From an uncultured virus (IMG/VR IMGVR_UViG_2690315780_000001) (taxonomy: Duplodnaviria; Heunggongvirae; Uroviricota; Caudoviricetes): 20,000 bases of DNA. Both the position numbers and the translations under genes were made by a program. The stretch lies in IMG/VR virus record IMGVR_UViG_2690315780_000001, positions 51,461 through 71,460 of that record. One strand, given 5' to 3'. Of the stretch, positions 1 to 9,556 are shown one piece after another (the stretch's first letter is position 1; each line of letters begins with the position of its first letter). The notes under the pieces are model-generated. The model had not been told where the DNA came from. It saw only the letters and a program-made list of their open reading frames with translations, and did no database searches.

Positions 1-631
1 GTTCGTTATACTCCTCGCGTTTACTGAGTTGGTTTGGAATGTGATGCAAAATCGTTTGGTTGCCTAAATAAATCCCCGCATGGTTGGCGCGAGAGCTGGC
101 ATAGCAACACAAAATAATATCGCCGGGTTGTGCCTCTTTTTTTATCTGTCGAAAACCACTGCTCACCATATTGTCGAGGTACAACTCTTTACTTTGTCGC
201 CACCAATTATCATGTCGCTCAAAATCAGGCAGATCATGTCCTGCCAAATGATAAGCGTCTCGAAACAACCCATAACAATCTGTTGAGCCATGAACAAATT
301 GGCGACCCAATAGATGAGGAACAGGTTGATAGCAGTGAATTTTTTCATCATAAACCACCCACCACGGCAATGCGCTGTTCACCTGCAGTTGTCTATCTAA
401 TGTGCTGAGGTACTGTTGGCCTTCAGGATGACTGTGTACAACCGCGATCACTTCGCCCTGCTGTTCGGCGCGAATAAAATCATCAAAAGAAATCGTGAAG
501 TGGTTTTTCGGATCGGTATGCTGGTTAACACAAGGTAAATACTGTTCGCCATGAGCAGTACTTATCAATAAGCCACACGCCTCCAAGGGCGCTTGCTCTT
601 TTGCCTGCGCCAATATTGCTTGTTCAATCAT
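1..631 (-). CDS. Lambda gpK-like tail tip assembly protein (JAB/MPN + NlpC/P60), runs off the window edge
   Basis: Not in the ORF track; translated by hand from ATG at 631: MIEQAILAQAKEQAPLEACGLL...VVHSHPEG...FVHGSTDCYGLFRDAYH...ANHAGIYLGNQTILHH. HSHP (JAB) and DCY/HAGIY (NlpC/P60) motifs. Directly follows gpL. Confidence 0.92.
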   Translation of the reverse strand, partial: MIEQAILAQAKEQAPLEACGLLISTAHGEQYLPCVNQHTDPKNHFTISFDDFIRAEQQGEVIAVVHSHPEGQQYLSTLDRQLQVNSALPWWVVYDEKIHCYQPVPHLLGRQFVHGSTDCYGLFRDAYHLAGHDLPDFERHDNWWRQSKELYLDNMVSSGFRQIKKEAQPGDIILCCYASSRANHAGIYLGNQTILHHIPNQLSKREEYNE

Positions 632-652
632 AAGAAACACCTTAGGAGGGAA

Positions 653-1357
653 TTAACTATTACCAATACGGGAAGTAGAAACAAACGCGCCTATACGTGA
701 CTCGTTTTTTCTTAACTTACAGTCACTCAGACGTTTACCGCATTTATCTTTTAACGGATCGGAGGTTGGCTTTCCCCACTCATCTGCAACAGGAGCACCT
801 TTATATCCGCACTCTTCTGAGCGATATCCCCAAGGACAGATATCCGACAAAATCACGCGACCAGGAAGCATCAATCCGTCGGTTTCACTGGGTGTGGCTA
901 ACATAAAGGTGGCAGTCACTGAATTTAAACTGGTCATCTGCTCAATGATCCAGCGTGTCACAATCTCTTGTGACGGATCGGCATTAGGATTACCTTGGGG
1001 AAAATTTACCGCATCTAAAAATTGGGTGCTGACAATGCGACGTACCACCAGCCCACCAATTGCACTATCTAACTGACTCGCAATACCGGTAATAAGCCCG
1101 AATAAATTCGACAATGTAATAGTGGGTCGCCCTGATGGCCCTTTACCATTAAATGAAAATCCGTCACCTTTTACAGGGTAAGGCTCATAGATATTTCCTT
1201 GCCAGATTAGCGGTTCTTTACGTTGGTTTAGCCCGTCAAAAAAGCGGTACCGAATACCGCCTATTTTAGTTAAATCAAACTCGTAAAGTTCAAGCAGAGC
1301 ATCACTGGAAGAGAGTTCGGTAACACTAATTCGCATTTCAGGAGGAATATGTTGCAT
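653..1357 (-). CDS. Phage minor tail protein L (lambda gpL family)
   Basis: LYEFDLTKIGG, WQGNIYEPYPV, GRPTITLSNL, and C-terminal Cys cluster (CPWGYRSEECGY...DKCGKRLSDC). Start moved to MQHIPPE (ATG 1357), which has a GGAG RBS; the ORF-track extension runs through a terminator. Confidence 0.93.
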   Translation of the reverse strand: MQHIPPEMRISVTELSSSDALLELYEFDLTKIGGIRYRFFDGLNQRKEPLIWQGNIYEPYPVKGDGFSFNGKGPSGRPTITLSNLFGLITGIASQLDSAIGGLVVRRIVSTQFLDAVNFPQGNPNADPSQEIVTRWIIEQMTSLNSVTATFMLATPSETDGLMLPGRVILSDICPWGYRSEECGYKGAPVADEWGKPTSDPLKDKCGKRLSDCKLRKNESRIGAFVSTSRIGNS

Positions 1358-1369
1358 ATTAGCTCCAAT

Positions 1370-1390
1370 AAAAAACCCGCCGAAGCGGGT
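1370..1390 (-). terminator. Rho-independent terminator between the accessory cassette and gene L
   Basis: Minus strand ACCCGC-TTCG-GCGGGT followed by a T run. Confidence 0.8.
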
Positions 1391-1558
1391 CAAGGTTACA
1401 ATATTTTTTATATTATGAATAATAGTTTAGGTATGATGAAGATAATATTCATATTTAAATAAATTATGAATTAATATCTTTCATATAAGAAAATAAATGA
1501 ATTTAGATTAAAGTATTAATATTTTGATTATATTTTAATTGAATAATTAGGATTGTAA

Positions 1559-1789
1559 TTATTTTATTCTTCGTCTATCGACTGATTGTAATACACTGAA
1601 TTTTCTTGCTTGTATAATATTTTCACTTTCTTTTTTATCTTCATTTTTTAAATATATAAGTTTTCCTGAGTCTTTACTTTTCAACCATCTACCATTTAAA
1701 TCTATAGCGACTTCAGCATATAATGTATCTGAGTTGAGGAGTTTTTTATAGGAAAGTCCTGTATATGCCCATAATTCGGTTCTGTTCAT
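1559..1789 (-). CDS. Small basic hypothetical protein (76 aa), probably translationally coupled to the 465-aa gene
   Basis: ATG lies 1 nt after the upstream stop (GAGGTG-TAA-G-ATG) with a GAGGT RBS; low GC. Confidence 0.65.
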   Translation of the reverse strand: MNRTELWAYTGLSYKKLLNSDTLYAEVAIDLNGRWLKSKDSGKLIYLKNEDKKESENIIQARKFSVLQSVDRRRIK

Positions 1790-1790
1790 C

Positions 1791-3188
1791 TTACACCTCG
1801 GATTTTAGATCTGTTAGATAGTTATCTTCTTTTTCATTATCATTCAAATTGTAGCTATTTAGTAATTTAGAGTACAGTATTTTCAATGACATTAATACTG
1901 ATAGATTGTGGCACAATGGTTTTATTGTTGAATAATATACTTCTGACTTAATTTCATTTTCTAAGAAATTAACTCTATCGACATAAATATTTATAACTCC
2001 AGCTATCTCTTCAAATACAATAGGTATTTCTAATGTATTACAATCAATATCTAATTTACCAATTGGTACTGACAGTATTGATTTAGTTCTATCTTTATCT
2101 TTTTCATAATACTTACGAATATCTTGTTCATATACTCCTGTAAGATGCTCTCGATATGTGGGAGATTTTTTTAATTGATTAAGGTAAGTATCAACGCACT
2201 CTTGTATGCTCTTTATATAAACTTCACGTGCAGTAATCACGGCTTCCGGTGCACCAAATAAATTGGGATGCTTTATCTTTCCAACCTCTTCAATGGTAGA
2301 GAATGGCATGCAAATTGGATATGAATTACTGTTCTTTCCATTTTTATAACAGTTTGAAAATTGATATTTTTTATTAAGTTCACAGGTAAATTGTTGTTCA
2401 CATATTAAAACATGATCGCAATGTTCTAAGCGAGATTGAAGATTCGATGAAAACAAAAAAAAAGGTGAAAATACAACGGCATTCTTACTAAAAATAGAAT
2501 GATTTTCTTGTTTATAAACATCCTCACTTTGAAATGTATTTAATAATGATGATGTTGGAACTAAAGAAAAAAGATTACTTTTTATCGTAACATCATCATT
2601 TCCTTCTAAAAAACGATGAGTCACTTTTAATATTGATTCCTGCACGGTATCTATAGCACTGTCTAAAGTGTCATTATAACTATTAACCAGATCTTCATTT
2701 CCTAAAATAGAACCCACTTGATGCGTTTCTGCTTGCATTATTTTTCTTAAATCCTGTACACAGGAATTAATAACACTTAGCATATTAATACACTGTGTTC
2801 CATTTTCATTAACAGCATTATACGAAGCACGAGTTTGGTTTGTTTGTTCTTTATGCTGACTATAAATATAATGCAATACGCTCAATACCAAAGCACAAGT
2901 CACGGGAATGGCAAAAAAGAGACTTTCAAATCCCCACACTTCACCATCAAACCACTGTTTTTGTAATTGTGTACCCAAAACGGATACGCTAGATGCCCAG
3001 AATATTCCAATAGCTGCTAGTAATAAATGCCCATAAGCAGAGTGAGTCATACTGGCAAGTCTCATTACCCATACACTTCTTTTCTTTCGTAAGAAAATCA
3101 CGCATGCAAATATTCCAAATAATATAACAATAAATAATATAATACCCATATAGCCCATTTGGGTATATTTCTCACTTGAATAATTCAA
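1791..3188 (-). CDS. Hypothetical membrane protein (about 3 N-terminal TM helices, helical linker, C-terminal GAF-like domain); prophage moron
   Basis: 465-aa ORF in very AT-rich DNA. Hydrophobic stretches at about aa 14-33, 55-72 and 87-108. C-terminal FGAPEA...KSILSVPI...AGVINIYVD pattern resembles GAF-fold strands (inference). Confidence 0.8.
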   Translation of the reverse strand: MNYSSEKYTQMGYMGIILFIVILFGIFACVIFLRKKRSVWVMRLASMTHSAYGHLLLAAIGIFWASSVSVLGTQLQKQWFDGEVWGFESLFFAIPVTCALVLSVLHYIYSQHKEQTNQTRASYNAVNENGTQCINMLSVINSCVQDLRKIMQAETHQVGSILGNEDLVNSYNDTLDSAIDTVQESILKVTHRFLEGNDDVTIKSNLFSLVPTSSLLNTFQSEDVYKQENHSIFSKNAVVFSPFFLFSSNLQSRLEHCDHVLICEQQFTCELNKKYQFSNCYKNGKNSNSYPICMPFSTIEEVGKIKHPNLFGAPEAVITAREVYIKSIQECVDTYLNQLKKSPTYREHLTGVYEQDIRKYYEKDKDRTKSILSVPIGKLDIDCNTLEIPIVFEEIAGVINIYVDRVNFLENEIKSEVYYSTIKPLCHNLSVLMSLKILYSKLLNSYNLNDNEKEDNYLTDLKSEV

Positions 3189-3218
3189 AGTTTACCATTC
3201 CTGTTATTTAAATAATGA

Positions 3219-3524
3219 TTAAAAACATGTTGGTTGATACTCTATTTTTATCTTATCTCTTAAACTATTATCTGTAGTTTCTATGACTAACCGCCAAATA
3301 ACTTTATTAACTGATAAAATAATATCGATATCGTATTCATTTCCAAACTCATCATAAATACAACTATCTTTTATTATGGAATAAAAAAGATTACCATCAT
3401 TAGATATAGTCAGAGAAGGTATACAAACAATTGACACTTCTACATTATTGTTATAAATAATAAGATATCCACCATATATACTTGGAGAATACTCCTCCCC
3501 TATTAATTTAAATTTAATATGCAT
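3219..3524 (-). CDS. Hypothetical protein (101 aa, Ile-rich, acidic)
   Basis: ORF with GAGGAG RBS immediately upstream of the ATG; ends 30 nt before the 465-aa gene; low GC. Confidence 0.6.
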   Translation of the reverse strand: MHIKFKLIGEEYSPSIYGGYLIIYNNNVEVSIVCIPSLTISNDGNLFYSIIKDSCIYDEFGNEYDIDIILSVNKVIWRLVIETTDNSLRDKIKIEYQPTCF

Positions 3525-3638
3525 TCTCCTCGCTAATTTTTAATTGATGGTACTTTAATAATTTATAGTTAATAAAAAAATCATTTTCCTCTTCTATTCT
3601 TTATTTTCAGACTGATTACACAGTAATAATTAATTTTA

Positions 3639-3968
3639 TTAATTTACCACTTGTTCAAATTCAGCTTCAATTTCACTGCGCATTAGTTTGATTTGTTCTG
3701 ACCATTTACGGCAAATCACCTTAATATAGTCAGCTTGGTATGGAGGTTGCCAAAGAAAAGCTTTAACACCTTGATGTTTTGCTAAAAAACGGTCGATTTC
3801 TTGTGATCCAGCGTGTGTCGATAGAAATGTAACATGATATTTTATTGTATTAGAATTTAGCCCGTCAGGTCGTCGTTGTTCATAACCCTCCCCCAGTTTT
3901 ACCGATTTCACTCTGGGTTCAGATACTTTGATCATATCAGGCTTCACTTTCCATTTAAAAATGTCCAT
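3639..3968 (-). CDS. Phage minor tail protein M (lambda gpM family)
   Basis: MDIFKWKVKPDM...VKLGEGYEQRRPDGLN...FLAKHQGVKAFLWQPP...AEFEQVVN. Start at ATG 3968 with AGGAG RBS, just after the tape-measure stop. Confidence 0.92.
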   Translation of the reverse strand: MDIFKWKVKPDMIKVSEPRVKSVKLGEGYEQRRPDGLNSNTIKYHVTFLSTHAGSQEIDRFLAKHQGVKAFLWQPPYQADYIKVICRKWSEQIKLMRSEIEAEFEQVVN

Positions 3969-3975
3969 ATATCTC

Positions 3976-5007
3976 CTACATTCCACCACCATCACGGCGC
4001 TGACTTAAAATATAATCTTGTGCTCCCCGCTTGCTTATCTCATAGATTTTTTTCAGCACATGAGGGCTAATTTGCCCATGACTGCTTTCATTTTGAATAG
4101 TGACATTATTGATTTGAGTGAATCCTGCACCTTGATTCGGTATTTTAGCAACAACACCTAATTTGCCATCAATCCCTCGGCGAAGAGGAAAAATACCTTC
4201 AGGCCCAGCTTCCCCCATCACTCCTGCGCCTTTAGCAAAGGCAAATAATGTAGGGCGATTGACGATGTGCCCACTATAACGACTAAGACTTGATGAGGAA
4301 TAAACACCTCCTTTCGCATTAGCGACTGGCGCACTAAAACCACCAAAGCCAAAGGCTTCTAGACCTTTGATTAAAGCCATTTTAACTAAGATATTCGTGA
4401 TCATTTTAAATATCGATTTAGTGAATGCTTTAAAATCGGCTTCTCTTTCTACTAATACATCAGTTAACTGGCTACTAAATCCGTCTAATGCCATTGATGT
4501 GGCATTTTTTACTTGCGTGTTAACATCTAAGGCTGTCTCACGATAATCAGCCCACGCACTTTTTGCCCCTGCTAACCAGTTGTTTCGTTGATTGTCCTCC
4601 GCTTCAAATGTTTTTTGTTGCTCTGCGATCATCATGGATAATTGAGGATTATCTTTATTGTCTGTTAATAATTGTTCTCGCTGATTATTTTGTTGAATTT
4701 CTTGGCGAGAAAGTCCTGCATTTGCCTCTATTGCTTGACGTTTTTTAATTTGTTGCGTGAGAGATTTTTCAGCTTGCACTTGCATCTTGTTTAAGCGTTG
4801 CTGTAATACGATTTCATCGCCAATTAAAGCTAATTTTTCTTTTTGTGAGAGGATATTATCTTTGTGAGCTAATAACGATTTTTCAGTTACCGTTAATTGC
4901 CGAGACTGAGAGGCTTGTTCTAAAAGGGTAAATTGCGCTTGTTGTTTTTGTAAGTCTTTACGTTGTTGGCTAATTTGTTGATATGTATTGTGATGTTTTC
5001 TGAGTAC
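3976..5007 (-). pseudogene. 3' remnant of lambda gpH-like tape measure protein
   Basis: The frame stays open upstream of the ORF-track start (VLRKHHNTYQQISQQRKDLQKQQAQFTLLEQASQSRQLTVTEKSLLAHKD), matching my recall of gpH ISQQRRDL...EKSLLAHKD. It ends with the ANAKGGVY...GEAGPEGIFPLRRG motif. The 5' part is replaced by the Clp gene. Confidence 0.88.
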
Positions 5008-5249
5008 ATGGCGATACCATCAAACACCTCACCACCGGGAGAGTGAATATGCAGATTGATATGACTGAGATTACCCAGCGAGAGTAAATCTTCCGTAAAG
5101 CGTCTTGCGCTAATTCCCCACCCACCGATATCATCATAAATATAGATATCTGCAGTTTGGTCTTCTTTAGCTTGCATGCGAAACCAGTTTTTTTGAGTTA
5201 CTGGCCCCGACATTTTAGGCATCGTTATCAGGTTCTTGTTGTTTAGCAT
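5008..5249 (-). pseudogene. 5' fragment of ClpP-type prohead protease (often fused to the major capsid protein), truncated
   Basis: KNWFRMQAK...ADIYIYDDIGGWGISA...INLHIHSPGGEVFDGIA, then tape-measure DNA read out of frame to a stop at 4920. Catalytic Ser/His region absent. Confidence 0.88.
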
Positions 5250-6694
5250 CTTGTGCCCCTTTGTCATTAGCAGGATCAGTATCAAATACCAGTCCTAATC
5301 GTTTATTTTCGTCAATTTCGGTTTTACGACGACGTTTTACATCCGCAGGATTGCCCCCTTTTGCGCGTATCCAGTCACTTTCTGTTGACGCACCACCGCG
5401 TAACAAGGTTTTCCATGCCTCAGACTCTTTTTTCGGATCAATCCATGGCATTACAGGGCCACTGTAAACTGCATTAAACAGGGATTTAGCATCAACATCT
5501 GGAGGAACCACTATCACACCACTGGCTATCGCCATTTTTAACCAATTGCGATACATCGGACGGCTAATGCCTGCCACAAAGGTATCTTGAAAAATGTTAT
5601 AACCTTCAAACGACTCCACCAGCTCTTGTCGTTGAGCGCTATATGTGCCGTTATAGTCACGGGCAATACTGGAATAACTGCCCCGACTGCCTGCAGAAAC
5701 CGCACGTAATTGCCCATTGCGAAAGGTTTGTAGATTAGGGTTGGGGCGGTCTGATTTGATCATGCCCACTTCTTCACCCGGCTTTAAACCGTCGTAAATC
5801 ATACCCGGCTGAATATCAATATTACGTTGCTCATCTTCGTCATAGTCACCTTCAGGGAAAGAGCCGGCATCCCCTTTTTTGATGTACATCTCCAATGAAG
5901 CTGCAATACGTGCGGAGGTTAATTCCGCATCTTCATAATCTTTTAACGCACTTAAGCGCATCAAGATCCCCGAAAATAAACTGACACCCCGCGCTTGGTG
6001 AAGCCGGCGAGTGAACTTCAGGTGCAACATGTTTTCGGCATCAATGGTTTTGATATCCCCTAAATTGGGGAAGGTTTTTATACACCTGATACCCTGTGGG
6101 TCGCCCCCACTCATTAAATTTAATGCCTTGGATAATCTTACTTTCTGGCATATTCATGTGGATCGGCACAAAGTCAGGCTCTAAGGCTTCGAGCCAAAAA
6201 TAGATATTGGTTTGAGGATCTAACCCCTTGGCTTTACCTTTGACGAGCTGAGCAAAGACCTCACCATCACGTAGCCACGTTCTGACCAGTAAACGTTCTA
6301 ATACAGGGCGACTAAATTGCCCTGTTACTTCGGGTAACACTGACCATTCCGCCCAGGCTTGACGAATTTGCGAGGCTAACTCTTCATGGATTTGCCCTGC
6401 ACCATCGAGAGGTTGTGGTTCGACAATAATGCCCTTTGCCCCGACAATGCGCTCTTCCATCTTGTCGAGAATACCAATAGAGATATCATGATTGTTATCT
6501 AGCCACCGCGCTTGCTCCCGTAATGATGTGCCACCAAACTGAGTCAGTTGGTTGCCATTACGATTTTCACGTTTAGCGGGATGAGTACGAGTGGGTAAAA
6601 CGGCTTCATAGGCTTTAATTTGTAAGCGAGAACGGAGGCGCGAGGCTTGCCAGTTTGGGGCGAAATAACCAATGGCGCTGTCTAATAATGTCAT
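5215..6694 (-). pseudogene. Lambda-family portal protein split by a frameshift near 6055-6075
   Basis: ORF 6041-6694 (LREQARWLDNNHD, WLRDGEVF, LEALEPD) and ORF 5215-6114 (RLHQARGVS, NGTYSAQRQEL, PWIDPKKE) are consecutive halves of one portal in different frames. Confidence 0.88.
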
Positions 6695-6906
6695 CTAAAC
6701 CTCGCTAATTTATACATTGGATTACCTCGTTTTCGTGATATCAATGCCGATAAGCGGGCTTCCCAACGCTCACGACCTTTTATGATCTCGTTGAGGTTTT
6801 CCATTGTCATGGCTTGTCCATTAAAGGTGATGGATTTTCCTTTTAATACCGCCTCTTCCGCTAAACGGTATTGCTCAATCATGTGTTCAATTTCTTCTTT
6901 CGTCAT
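6691..6906 (-). CDS. gpW-like head-tail joining protein
   Basis: MTKEEIEHMIEQYRLAEEAVLKGKSITFNGQAMTMENL. 4-nt overlaps with the terL stop and the portal start; canonical position. Confidence 0.8.
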   Translation of the reverse strand: MTKEEIEHMIEQYRLAEEAVLKGKSITFNGQAMTMENLNEIIKGRERWEARLSALISRKRGNPMYKLARFR

Positions 6907-9005
6907 ATCCAGCCTCCGCTGTTTGATACCGGTGCCCATGCTGATACGGCAGGCGTTTCCTGTTTTTGGGTTTCGGGTGAGGGTTTTATTTCAGGCTCTG
7001 TGGCGATATCGGCAATTGGCGGGGGTGAGGAAAGCATTACATCAGGCAATCTCGCCCATTTAGGCGGGTTTTCCCAATTAATATTCTCGTACCCTTTTAA
7101 TATCACCAAGGCATGAGCGTAAACCATCAGGTCAAATGCCTCATTAGCGCCTCGCCCCGGCTTTTCCCAATGCCCTTTTTCATCACGCTCTTCATACGTC
7201 AACTCGTCATAGAACGATTCATCCAGCCAATCAGGGAAATGAATATAATTAGGCCCTACAGTATCGCGCGATAACGCAGAACTGATCCGGTCTTTGAGTT
7301 GACCCGTTTGCAATAAATAAAGAGGCACATCCCCTTTCGCTTGGGCGCGCCGTTCAGAACGACTGGTGTTATCGGGAAAGGATTTGGTAATTAACTTACT
7401 GCGTTTATGCCCATCGCCCTTAAAGAGATAGACTTTACGGTGTAATCCCTCTTTTCGACAGCGACGCCAAAATTTATAGGCATTATCGGTAACACCCTCT
7501 TCACCACCAGAGTCTACGCCTAACATCATGATTTCCATTTCATGGTGAGGATAATGTTGCAATGGATAGGTTTTCTCTAATACATCGGTGATTAATACTT
7601 GCCAATCTTCGGGATACGAACCCGGATCGATTCGACGGCATTCACCGTTGTTGTCATAACGTAGAGATTGGGTGATTTCAAAGCGGTCAATCACCCAACG
7701 TTCACCTTTTTCACCGTAACCGACCACTTGCACCACAAAGCGTCGTTTTTTCCCGCCCTGTACGTCAACCGTGGCAACCAAGAACCGCACACCATCAGGA
7801 ACAATCAATTCACCTAAATCTTCAACACGATTGATTAATTCATCGCTCCGACGTTGCTCTTGTGCTGTGCGCGGTAAATAAGGTAAACCCCAGTCTGTAT
7901 TCGTGACCGCTTTTAAGGTTTCTTCACTACCTGTTAATTCATATTCCTGTTCTGCAGTCAGTAATTTATAAACTAACTGAGACAGCGTTTGATAAGCAGC
8001 CGCAGGCCCTTCCATCCAAAAAGAGGCAATACGAGAACGACGCCCTGTTCCTGATACTTTCCCTTGCTTATCAATGGACTGCCCTTCAATCAACCACACC
8101 CCTTTATTATTGAGTTCCCTTTTTTGATGGGGCTCGATGCGACCTAAACAGTGCTGACATTCCACATACGCCGATTCGCTGGCTTCTACGGGATCTGGAT
8201 TGTCACGATACCCCTTTACCGCATCATAAATAGGCTGAAAATATTCGTGGCAGTGAGGACATTGCCAGTACCAGCGACGACGATCACCCCGATTATAAAG
8301 CGATAGAATACCCGTTGTGGGCGGGGCTTCGTGAGGCGATAAGCGACGCCATTTAGTATCGGTAATATCTCGCCCCGGAGAGCTTTCCACCAGCGTCATG
8401 CCAGCCGACATAAAAGTGGTTGTCCGTTTTGATGCTAAAGAAAAGCCATCTCCTTCACCGTCGATATCTTCGGGAAAACGGTCATAGTCGGTAAGAGCCA
8501 CACATTTAAAGTCAGATGAGGACATCACGTTAATCGATGGCCACCCCATTTTTAGAAAACTGCCGGATAAAAAGTATTTATCAAATACGTTATTGTCATT
8601 ACGACGAGGACTGAGTTGTTTGCTGACTTCAGGACTACAACGAAAGGTACGAGAAAGCCGTTTTTTACTGTGCTCTTGTGCTTTGTCTTGCGTCATTTGC
8701 ACCAGCAACATATCAGAAGGGTCGCACACAATATTGTAAATCACCCAGCCATCAATTAACCCGACCGTCTTTCCTGTTCTCGCAGGCCCGACAAATATCA
8801 CTGCATCATAGAGCCGTGACGATAAACAATTCATAGGTTCAACAATGTAAGGGGATACCGCCGGATCCCAAGGAACCGAGTTACCCGCTCCCACAGGGAC
8901 GCGCATATATTTTGCCACAGCATCCGCAACCGGCATTCGCCTCGGTGCTTTAATGAGTTGAGCCACATTCTTACGTAACAAAGAGGCAGATATTGGTTTA
9001 ACCAT
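6903..9005 (-). CDS. Terminase large subunit (lambda gpA family)
   Basis: Walker A GPARTGKT, Walker B region VALTDYDR, ESSP motif, CPHC...CQHC zinc motif, nuclease motifs TVDVQ, GVDSGG and NEAFDL; intact 700 aa. Confidence 0.96.
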   Translation of the reverse strand: MVKPISASLLRKNVAQLIKAPRRMPVADAVAKYMRVPVGAGNSVPWDPAVSPYIVEPMNCLSSRLYDAVIFVGPARTGKTVGLIDGWVIYNIVCDPSDMLLVQMTQDKAQEHSKKRLSRTFRCSPEVSKQLSPRRNDNNVFDKYFLSGSFLKMGWPSINVMSSSDFKCVALTDYDRFPEDIDGEGDGFSLASKRTTTFMSAGMTLVESSPGRDITDTKWRRLSPHEAPPTTGILSLYNRGDRRRWYWQCPHCHEYFQPIYDAVKGYRDNPDPVEASESAYVECQHCLGRIEPHQKRELNNKGVWLIEGQSIDKQGKVSGTGRRSRIASFWMEGPAAAYQTLSQLVYKLLTAEQEYELTGSEETLKAVTNTDWGLPYLPRTAQEQRRSDELINRVEDLGELIVPDGVRFLVATVDVQGGKKRRFVVQVVGYGEKGERWVIDRFEITQSLRYDNNGECRRIDPGSYPEDWQVLITDVLEKTYPLQHYPHHEMEIMMLGVDSGGEEGVTDNAYKFWRRCRKEGLHRKVYLFKGDGHKRSKLITKSFPDNTSRSERRAQAKGDVPLYLLQTGQLKDRISSALSRDTVGPNYIHFPDWLDESFYDELTYEERDEKGHWEKPGRGANEAFDLMVYAHALVILKGYENINWENPPKWARLPDVMLSSPPPIADIATEPEIKPSPETQKQETPAVSAWAPVSNSGGWI

Positions 9006-9016
9006 TTCCCCTCCTT

Positions 9017-9496
9017 TTAATCCTCCTTAAGCTCATCGTCTGCTAGCACTTTTATCGCAATTTGATCACGTAGGTCATCAATCACTGTTTGTATTTGAAA
9101 AACCGCTGAAGGCGTTAATGCACAATCGCGCTCTAATATATCTGGTAACGTTTCCAATACTTGCACCATCACTTTAGCCAGTGCTGAATATTCTCGTGCA
9201 ACATCTGAAGCCGGCAATAACTCCCCCACTTCTTGCTCAAACTTCAAACGCTCCCGCTCAGACTGATACCACGCTTTTCGATCTTGAGGTTGCATGTCTT
9301 GACTATCAATCGATGCAGGAGCTTTCATTGTTTCGGCTAAAATATCGCTAAGTGCATAAAGTTTGAGGTTTGAGTTATTGGTATTAAGAGGTGTGAGATT
9401 TTTAAGGCGTGATGAAACGGTCTGTCGATGTATTCCTGATAATGCAGCTATCTGGCTAATATTGAGTGTTAGCTGTTTGAGTTTTTGATCCATCAT
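9017..9496 (-). CDS. Terminase small subunit (Nu1-like / DUF1441-like)
   Basis: N-terminal HTH (LNISQIAALSGIHRQTVSSRL), DRKAWYQSERERLKFE, LETLPDILERD; directly upstream of terL. Confidence 0.88.
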   Translation of the reverse strand: MMDQKLKQLTLNISQIAALSGIHRQTVSSRLKNLTPLNTNNSNLKLYALSDILAETMKAPASIDSQDMQPQDRKAWYQSERERLKFEQEVGELLPASDVAREYSALAKVMVQVLETLPDILERDCALTPSAVFQIQTVIDDLRDQIAIKVLADDELKED

Positions 9497-9514
9497 TGTA
9501 TGTAAATAGTGAAT

Positions 9515-9536
9515 AAAAAACCCGCGTTGAGCGGGT
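9515..9536 (-). terminator. Rho-independent terminator after the P-loop moron gene
   Basis: Minus strand ACCCGC-TCAAC-GCGGGT followed by a T run. Confidence 0.8.
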
Positions 9537-9556
9537 GTTCGCAGTGGTATTTAACT

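Noticed and set aside
80..408. ORFs 80-286(+), 130-408(+) and 163-351(-)
   Set aside because: Shadow frames of the gpK gene, which the ORF track missed because it runs off the edge
697..1076. Plus-strand ORFs 697-906 and 894-1076
   Set aside because: Antisense to gpL with no recognisable motifs
3876..4748. Plus-strand ORFs 3876-4070 and 4563-4748
   Set aside because: Antisense to gene M and the tape-measure remnant
4920..5285. 121-aa ORF as a real Clp-like protein
   Set aside because: The C-terminal ~28 aa are out-of-frame tape-measure DNA and the catalytic residues are lost; treated as a pseudogene
6041..6114. Programmed ribosomal frameshift in the portal
   Set aside because: No clear slippery heptamer at the switch; programmed shifts are known for tail chaperones, not lambda portals
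5261..7116. Plus-strand ORFs 5261-5467, 6782-7063 and 6871-7116
   Set aside because: Antisense shadows of portal, gpW and terL
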